Below, piece after piece: positions 58,148 through 64,000 of a stretch of DNA of 64,000 nt. Position numbers and translations under genes: made by a program. Origin of the DNA: a virus. Lineage: Duplodnaviria > Caudoviricetes. Each line of letters begins with the position of its first letter. Position 1 is the stretch's first letter. The stretch spans positions 1 through 64,000 of the IMG/VR virus record IMGVR_UViG_3300006204_000007. One strand, written 5' to 3'. The notes under the pieces are model-generated. The model was not told the DNA's origin. It searched no databases and saw nothing but the letters and a program-made list of their open reading frames with translations.

Positions 58148-59043
58148 CTCCCAGAATTGTTTGAAAGTAACTGTTTTTCCAATTCCGTAAAGTCATACTC
58201 TCTTTGCGGAAAATCGCTAAAGCTGTTCTTTGGCCTTTTGGACACAGGATTTGTGTTAGTATAATTCTCATCCAGATAATCTACATAACCGCCATTAAAG
58301 AATGTGCCGCCGTTTTGGTACTGCAAATAATCAACGCTATCAACATATTTCTTATAGCGCTCTATTGCCCTTGACATTTCATCGTAGCCAATCTTGAGCA
58401 GCTGCATCTTCTTTGCATCAGATACCTGTCCTTTTCCTTTCTTAACTGGGTATAATTTCCATAGTTTTTCAAAAAGTGCCAAAGCGTCAGCTTTGCACAT
58501 ATTATTTTTATTATTTCCTTTACTTTCCTTTACTTTACTTTCCTTTATGTCATTTCCGCAGGATTTACTCTCATTTCCGCAGGATTTACTCTCATTTCCG
58601 CAGGATTTACTTGAATTTACGGTAACTTTAATATGGGAAGCAGTTTCTTTTGTGTTTAAAAGCCAGATTTCAGAATCAACATTCACATCCCGTTTCCGGC
58701 TTTTCACAGCTTCCTGGTACCGTTTCTGTATTCCCGGTGAAGTAATGGTAGCGCCCTCTGTATTCAGTGTTCTCTTTATGAGTAGTGACCTGGTACACAA
58801 GTATGCCAAAACTTGCTCTATAAACCCTTCCTTGAGACGAAGGTCTGTTGCGGCATCTTCTGCCGATTCCTCATCCCAACTTATGTAATATCCGTTACGG
58901 TAGATTTCTGTCAGCAGATAGATGTAAAATATTATTCCGTCATTTCCAAATTTAGCATGAAACCTCTTAATCCGCTTATCTGCGTAAAAAAAATCCGTGT
59001 CAAAAGGAAAGTAGAGTAATCCGTTTTGTTTCGGACGTGCCAT
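58144..59043 (-). CDS. Replication initiator (DUF4373/Lin1244-like N-terminus)
   Basis: MARP..GLLYFPFDTDFF; ITSPGIQKRY; FEKLWKLYPVKKGK; TFFNG. Confidence 0.85.
   Translation of the reverse strand: MARPKQNGLLYFPFDTDFFYADKRIKRFHAKFGNDGIIFYIYLLTEIYRNGYYISWDEESAEDAATDLRLKEGFIEQVLAYLCTRSLLIKRTLNTEGATITSPGIQKRYQEAVKSRKRDVNVDSEIWLLNTKETASHIKVTVNSSKSCGNESKSCGNESKSCGNDIKESKVKESKGNNKNNMCKADALALFEKLWKLYPVKKGKGQVSDAKKMQLLKIGYDEMSRAIERYKKYVDSVDYLQYQNGGTFFNGGYVDYLDENYTNTNPVSKRPKNSFSDFPQREYDFTELEKQLLSNNSGR
58551..58611. repeat. Three 21-bp direct repeats (probable iterons of the prophage B origin)
   Basis: CATTTCCGCAGGATTTACTCT x2 plus a 19-bp third copy, inside the initiator gene. Confidence 0.8.
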
Positions 59044-59484
59044 CTACTTTATCTCCTTAATCAAAACCTCAATCCGTGGATTTTCCCTGTCCACTTCAAA
59101 CCTGTCGGAAAATCCGACAACATGCTTCCAGCCATCATCTTTTAATACCCCGGTACTCACAAGTGCATCCTGGATCACTTTCCTACCAAATGACGAAATA
59201 TTATCCTTATCGCGCCGCTTACTCGGTTCCACCCAAAGATATTCCATGAATACCGGTTTCTCAATCCTCACGCCCCTAAAACACTGCCTGATTGCCGCCG
59301 CAACGATTTTTCCGCTGTCCGCTTTCATTTTAGCCCCTTTGTGGCGGTTCGTGCGTTCTGCAGCTATGTAGTCATTCAGGTTTGGCAGTGTGCCGGGTAT
59401 TGTCAGCTTGTACTCCACATAAGTCCTCCTTTCCGGCGGCAGAGACCAACCCGCCGCCGATTCCGTGATATATCGCATGAACAA
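59044..59484 (-). CDS. RusA-like Holliday junction resolvase
   Basis: RRDKDN...IQDAL...LKDD. Confidence 0.88.
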   Translation of the reverse strand: MFMRYITESAAGWSLPPERRTYVEYKLTIPGTLPNLNDYIAAERTNRHKGAKMKADSGKIVAAAIRQCFRGVRIEKPVFMEYLWVEPSKRRDKDNISSFGRKVIQDALVSTGVLKDDGWKHVVGFSDRFEVDRENPRIEVLIKEIK

Positions 59485-59504
59485 ATACTACGGTTGATAG
59501 TTAC

Positions 59505-60419
59505 CTACAATCTCTGTATATGCAACCTGTATTCTGTCCGTTCTGGCACCGTATAGGATTTCTTCTGTATGCACTTTCTCTGCACCAGATAATCTCCAGT
59601 AATAACCTTCTCGCGCTCTCCGACCTTGCTTTTTATAGCCTTGTCAACCTCACTGTGTTCTTCAACATACTTTTTCAAATCGTATTTTCGCGAAATCAAG
59701 TCGTTCAGTTCACCATCCAATTCCACATCCGGCTCAACACCCTTGTGTATGCCGCAGATATGTGCTAACTTACAGCCTTCACACATCGCCATGTCTTCCA
59801 CTGCATCCGGCTCTTTCTTATCCTCTATAGCCTTGTAAATCCGTTCTGCCTTTTTCAAAAGTCCGTCTGCCATATCCCAGTCAAAGTCCATGCGTATCAT
59901 TTTGGTTTCTCCTGTCAATTTGTTTGTAAGAGCGAAAAATCCGTACATCTTACCAAAGTGATACATATAAATCTGAAGCTGCGCTGGATACTGCCGGATG
60001 TAATACCGTTTTGAGTGCAAGAAATCCTCTACCGTGTTCAGCTTGTCAAACTCAAACGGGGATATACCCTTGACCTCGACAGGGATCAGTTCCCCGTTCT
60101 CATCCTTAATGCGCAAATCTTCCCTACCAGTAATCAGCGGGTTTTCTATCTGAAAACTCCACTGTGTCGGTGTTATGACTTCATAACCGGCCTCTTTCAG
60201 GTTGTTGATCGTATGCGTCTCCAACGTGTTCCCCAAGTCAAACACATTCTGCAAGCCCACATCGTGCGGCTGCTGTTCCTCCCACCGCGTAATCAGCAAA
60301 TACAAATGCCTTTCACATGGATGCCCTATATTTGACGCCCTCAAATTCCGGCATGGATATACCTTTATCTTCGCCTCTTTCGCCGCCGAAAGCCTTTCAT
60401 TAATTTCCTGTGCTGTCAT
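59505..60419 (-). CDS. Cas4/AddB-like PD-(D/E)XK exonuclease
   Basis: GHPCER, GRED, VEVK, QLQIY, CEGC...C. Confidence 0.8.
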   Translation of the reverse strand: MTAQEINERLSAAKEAKIKVYPCRNLRASNIGHPCERHLYLLITRWEEQQPHDVGLQNVFDLGNTLETHTINNLKEAGYEVITPTQWSFQIENPLITGREDLRIKDENGELIPVEVKGISPFEFDKLNTVEDFLHSKRYYIRQYPAQLQIYMYHFGKMYGFFALTNKLTGETKMIRMDFDWDMADGLLKKAERIYKAIEDKKEPDAVEDMAMCEGCKLAHICGIHKGVEPDVELDGELNDLISRKYDLKKYVEEHSEVDKAIKSKVGEREKVITGDYLVQRKCIQKKSYTVPERTEYRLHIQRL

Positions 60420-61161
60420 TCGTACCGCCTCCCGCAGACGCTACTTTTTGGCAATCCATACAGTACATGTGACCGTCATAACGGCTCTGTGAGTAAGATG
60501 CTACTTTCTGACTGATAGACGCGCCACATTTCTCACATTTTAAGCCGGAATCTGCCGCTTTGCTTGCGCCGCCTTTTCCTCCGTCCTTAAAGGTATAACC
60601 CTTAATCTTTCCCGTATCAATTCCAGCTTCCTCAAGCGTCCTAGCATCAATACCACGAAGACCGGGGATGATACGCTTGATACCGTTATTAATGCAGTTT
60701 GTGTACGCTGCCTGGCGTACGTTTCTTTCAGAGATTTCATCCACGGGCTTTCTTGCGTCCGGCTTGCCGCCAAAGAAATCATCCTTCATGCTGCGGCTTC
60801 CTTCGCACTCAATAAACTGACCGCGCATCTCGAACCGCCCTTTATATGTAAAAGTCTTGTAACCCTCTGTGTCGCACTCAATCTTAGGCTCTCCAATTTT
60901 CCAGCTTATGCCAAACAGCCGCGCTACCTTTGTTGCGCCAGACTCTTGCAAATATGGCTTGCCGCCGATCAGCGTCCAGTCATGCTCTGATGTAATCTTA
61001 AGCGCTGCTGACATGATCTTGTTCATGGCGGTAATCATCTTGTCCGCCTTTTCTGCAAGATACATAATATTATCTGTAGATGTATCCAGAATCCCCGTGC
61101 TGCGGTCCCCTGCGTCCATAGCCTGCATAGGCTCCATAATTTCAATACTTGTGTTATCCAT
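60400..61161 (-). CDS. Putative ssDNA-annealing protein
   Basis: Adjacent to the exonuclease; C-terminal CEKCG..CMDC zinc ribbon. Confidence 0.6.
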   Translation of the reverse strand: MDNTSIEIMEPMQAMDAGDRSTGILDTSTDNIMYLAEKADKMITAMNKIMSAALKITSEHDWTLIGGKPYLQESGATKVARLFGISWKIGEPKIECDTEGYKTFTYKGRFEMRGQFIECEGSRSMKDDFFGGKPDARKPVDEISERNVRQAAYTNCINNGIKRIIPGLRGIDARTLEEAGIDTGKIKGYTFKDGGKGGASKAADSGLKCEKCGASISQKVASYSQSRYDGHMYCMDCQKVASAGGGTNDSTGN

Positions 61162-61326
61162 TCCCTAATCCTCCTGCCTTTCATAAATTATAAAACTGCT
61201 CCCCTTGCCATCCACAACCTTGCCTTTTTTGATACTGACTGTATATCCGGCCTTCACCAAAAGCCGTGCAATATCAAGCTGTTCCTCCTTTGTAATAGCA
61301 GATGCTGTAAATTTTAATTTGACCCA

Positions 61327-61752
61327 TCATTCCTCCTTAACCCAATTCCCAGAATAGAACCACTCCATAAATATTACTTTAAACTCTTGTTTTAAATCCT
61401 CATCCAGAGAAATCCTTTCCATAGCATATTCATATGCATCCTCCTCTGGGACAAAGATCCCAGTTCCCAACTCCGTATATCCTGCACCTCTTAATTTTTC
61501 GCTAACTTCTAAAGGAGTATTCTGTTCCCATTCTCCATCTACCACCATGCGGTTTTCTAATTGATATACCATTGCACTTTCCTTTTTTTCTGCATATTCA
61601 TCCATAGCAATACCAAGAAAAAAACTCCCAAATCCTAAAAAAGCCATGGATGCTTCCATCCCGATTCCAAACTCGATTGCTCCTGCTATTCCTCCAAGGC
61701 CTATTAAAGCGCACCAAAAACCAATGCCGCCTATAATCTCATGCCATTTCAT
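61327..61752 (-). CDS. Membrane protein with an ENRMVVD segment
   Basis: N-terminal TMs; ENRMVVD also seen in the prophage A ORF near 5741-5890. Confidence 0.55.
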   Translation of the reverse strand: MKWHEIIGGIGFWCALIGLGGIAGAIEFGIGMEASMAFLGFGSFFLGIAMDEYAEKKESAMVYQLENRMVVDGEWEQNTPLEVSEKLRGAGYTELGTGIFVPEEDAYEYAMERISLDEDLKQEFKVIFMEWFYSGNWVKEE

Positions 61753-62009
61753 TTCGCCGCCCCCTTGTCCAGATAAAGAGCGTCCAATATGTCTTCTTTG
61801 GGAATTTCCAAAGTTTTTATGTATGCCCGAAGCTCCCCCAGCGTAATCTTGTCCGGGTCGCGCAAGTGCTTGTAAAATGTCGGCATACTAATACGGGCTT
61901 TTGCAACCAGCTTTTCCCGGTTAGTTCCCGTCCTCTCCATGCATGACCTGATTGACCGGGAAAGACTTATATTTTTATCCGTCCATATCCCGAGCGATAC
62001 TTTTCCCAT
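61749..62009 (-). CDS. HTH protein
   Basis: REKLVAKARISMPTFYKHL. Confidence 0.7.
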   Translation of the reverse strand: MGKVSLGIWTDKNISLSRSIRSCMERTGTNREKLVAKARISMPTFYKHLRDPDKITLGELRAYIKTLEIPKEDILDALYLDKGAAK

Positions 62010-62014
62010 TTCCT

Positions 62015-62167
62015 TTACCTCCCCGCAAAATAAATAATCATATAAAGGGCGATAAACCCCATCACCATTGCCACCATGCCCGCGGCAAAGTAGCAGATAA
62101 ATTTCAGCCGCTCAAAACTCATCGGCTCCCGGCCTTTCTTGCCGCTCCTTAAAATGATTTCTTCCAT
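62015..62167 (-). CDS. Small single-TM protein (50 aa), homolog of 7085-7246
   Basis: MEEIILRSG...MSFERLKFICYFAAGMVAM... Confidence 0.8.
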   Translation of the reverse strand: MEEIILRSGKKGREPMSFERLKFICYFAAGMVAMVMGFIALYMIIYFAGR

Positions 62168-62182
62168 ACTTTCCTCCTTATC

Positions 62183-62290
62183 TTGCGATTTCCAGAGGAA
62201 AATGATATAATTCTCTCTGTAATCGCATTAGTCTGGTTAATGTGGTTACAGTCCCGGTTGGTGTTGCCGCACCGCCGGGGCGTTTTTGTT
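62183..62290 (+). ncRNA. Candidate antisense sRNA (promoter, hairpin, terminator)
   Basis: TTGCGA-17-TATAAT; 13-bp stem TGTAATCGCATTA/TAATGTGGTTACA with loop GTCTGGT; GC-rich terminator plus T-run. Confidence 0.62.
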
Positions 62291-62429
62291 AGATAAACCT
62301 AAATTCTCCATCGCTGCGCATGTTTAGCGCGTCCACTATTTCTCTTGCCCACCCTTCCGTGTCGGCCTGTGCAATCATGTACCATATATCCGGGTCTAAT
62401 GTGCTTCTTTTTTGGATTTCATATTTCAT
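62289..62429 (-). CDS. Small protein (46 aa)
   Basis: Hand-translated MKYEIQKRSTLDPDIW... Confidence 0.55.
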   Translation of the reverse strand: MKYEIQKRSTLDPDIWYMIAQADTEGWAREIVDALNMRSDGEFRFI

Positions 62430-62525
62430 TTACATACCCCCTATATTGAATTTGATCCCCTTATCTCCTATACTGTAAGTACCAGACTGTCATCTGGAAT
62501 ACGAAAGAAAGGAGATAAAACACAT

Positions 62526-62717
62526 ATGACAAAATTTTGTCCATTCATGAGCAAAGACCCATCCATTCCAGATAAGTCAAGCACAGACAAAAATATGATT
62601 CCTTGTATGGATACCTGTTCTTTGTACTGGAAGGGATTCTGTTCAATTAACATCCTCGCCCAAAAAGCGATACATGACGGCGAAAAAGAAAAGAAGGACA
62701 AATCAGTCTCTGAATAA
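62526..62717 (+). CDS. Small Cys-containing protein transcribed against the early operon
   Basis: TTGAAT-17-TATACT promoter (62446-62474), AAAGGAG RBS, MTKFCPFM...C..C. Confidence 0.7.
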   Translation: MTKFCPFMSKDPSIPDKSSTDKNMIPCMDTCSLYWKGFCSINILAQKAIHDGEKEKKDKSVSE

Positions 62718-62904
62718 TTCTTTTCCGTCAAGGCGGCAAGCGATATGTTGCGAAGGGTAATCGACTCTACTTGCACTTTCTTTCTCTACCAAAGAATGCG
62801 CACCGATTCCCTTCGCTGTATCTGCCGATTTGCAAAGTTCATAAAAAGTCAGTCCTTCCTCTGCCGCAAGATTGATAATCTTCTTGGCGAACTCCTCTGT
62901 CTTT

Positions 62905-63201
62905 TCATAAAATTCTTTTCCTTCCATTTCCCTCACCTCCCCTCTGCACCAGAACCTTGTCCGGCTCTTTGCCTGCATTCTCTTTGAAAAGAACACGAAT
63001 AGGTATGTCCGGAAAATATGTTCTTTGGATGTTGAATGCTTCATCCAGATTCAAGCATGAACGCCCAGATAACTTTCTCGAAAGTGTATCTCTGTTCATG
63101 CCGATTCCTTTTGCAATATCCATGATTGTCAAATCTTTTCTTGCCATTTCAGCCCTTACATTTTCGTACATCACACAACTTTTCAATGCTTCCACCTCCA
63201 A
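62905..63201 (-). CDS. Cro-like repressor (likely start MYENV)
   Basis: RAEMARKDLTIMDIAKGIGMNRDTLSRKL. Confidence 0.85.
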   Translation of the reverse strand: MEVEALKSCVMYENVRAEMARKDLTIMDIAKGIGMNRDTLSRKLSGRSCLNLDEAFNIQRTYFPDIPIRVLFKENAGKEPDKVLVQRGGEGNGRKRIL

Positions 63202-63295
63202 TCGCTCATTGAGTGATTACAAGTACATTAAATCACGCTATGAATGATTTGTCAACACATATTTTGAAAATAAATCTTGCAATGCGTGATTTTTT
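63200..63295. promoter_or_regulatory. Cro/CI operators of prophage B
   Basis: Imperfect palindromes AATCGCTCATTGAGTGATT and AAATCACGCTATGAATGATTT. Confidence 0.65.
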
Positions 63296-63330
63296 ATGTA
63301 TAATGTAAGATATAGGAAGGAGGGAAACAG

Positions 63331-64000
63331 ATGGATGTATACGAAGTTTTATCGGATATAATGGCTTATGAAGGACTTTCAATAGCACAAGTGGCAAAGA
63401 AATGTGGTCTTCCAGATTCTACGGTTAGAGGCATTACAACCAGAAAACAAAAAACTGTCTCACTTGATGTTGCATATAAACTTTCTGATGGATTAGGTGT
63501 TTCACTCGAACGATTGAACGGGATGAAAGACCCCAATGAAAATAAAGAAAGAAGTTATTATGAAACTCATGCCACGGATAAGGAATTTGAGGACATTATA
63601 AGAAAATATCGTATTATATCCGAATATTCCCCGGACGGAGCAGTCGTGGTTGATACGGTACTGGATAGGGAGTATGCTATTGCGGAGAAGTTGAGGGAGC
63701 AGAAAGAGCAGTTGGAAAAGGTTCAGAGGATGAATATAGAAGTATCGGAAGAACTTATACCATTAAGGCTGTGGGCTTATTACGGGAAAATCGCTTGCGC
63801 CGGAACTGGATTTATATTTGATGATATTCCATCAGATACCGTTCAAGCCCCGGACGCAAACGCAGACTTTATAATAGGTGTAAACGGTGATTCTATGGAG
63901 CCTGACTATTCTGACGGAGAAAAACTGTATATTAAAAAGGTAGAGCGTATAAATCCGGGCGAAGTCGGCATATTCACTATCAATAATGAATGTTTCTTGA
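63331..64000 (+). CDS. CI repressor with S24 peptidase domain (runs off the window)
   Basis: Hand-translated HTH N-terminus; IACAGTG cleavage-site-like motif, VNGDSMEP catalytic motif. Confidence 0.9.
   Translation, partial: MDVYEVLSDIMAYEGLSIAQVAKKCGLPDSTVRGITTRKQKTVSLDVAYKLSDGLGVSLERLNGMKDPNENKERSYYETHATDKEFEDIIRKYRIISEYSPDGAVVVDTVLDREYAIAEKLREQKEQLEKVQRMNIEVSEELIPLRLWAYYGKIACAGTGFIFDDIPSDTVQAPDANADFIIGVNGDSMEPDYSDGEKLYIKKVERINPGEVGIFTINNECFL

Larger units (their letters stand above)
11900..64000. mobile_element. Prophage B (lysis, tail, head, packaging, replication, Cro/CI); continues beyond the right edge
   Basis: Complete siphovirus late module and a second, non-homologous replication/lysogeny module. 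Confidence 0.9.

Noticed and set aside
58551-58611. 21-bp repeats as a novel array
   Set aside because: Explained as iterons inside a phage initiator gene, a well-known arrangement.
1-64000. CRISPR array or cas operon
   Set aside because: No repeat-spacer array was seen; the Cas4-like gene sits in a normal phage recombination module.

Overview
The whole window is temperate-phage DNA, and its gene content and signals resemble prophages of gut Clostridia/Lachnospiraceae (inference). It holds two different prophage halves in the same orientation, joined at a tRNA-derived att core near 11860-11883. Prophage A (1-11740) contributes replication, recombination and lysogeny genes: a DUF927-type helicase with a class 3 intein, CHC2 primase, ERCC4 nuclease, Sak4-like ATPase, Gp157, Cro/CI and a tyrosine integrase. 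Prophage B (11900-64000) runs from lysis through tail, head and packaging to a DUF4373-type initiator, RusA, a Cas4-like nuclease, Cro and CI; its integrase lies beyond the window. B has an A118/SPP1-like siphovirus morphogenesis module interrupted by about 12 kb of cargo: tRNA-Ile(UAU) with tRNA-like mini-elements, an orphan origin-like repeat array, an IS4 element, and an operon of low-complexity Q/N/G/Y/C-rich proteins. The strongest unexplained signals are five. (1) A TGGTACA-N20-TANNNT promoter-like motif recurs with exact spacing at eight intergenic sites, downstream of a putative late activator with a methyltransferase embedded in frame. (2) Both prophages carry a covarying small-RNA hairpin cassette that brackets a variable early gene. 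(3) The low-complexity operon is of unknown function. (4) There is an armless mini-tRNA upstream of the scaffold gene. (5) A roughly 350-nt promoter-to-terminator unit lacks a long sense ORF. Family names come from motif recognition only; no database searches were run.
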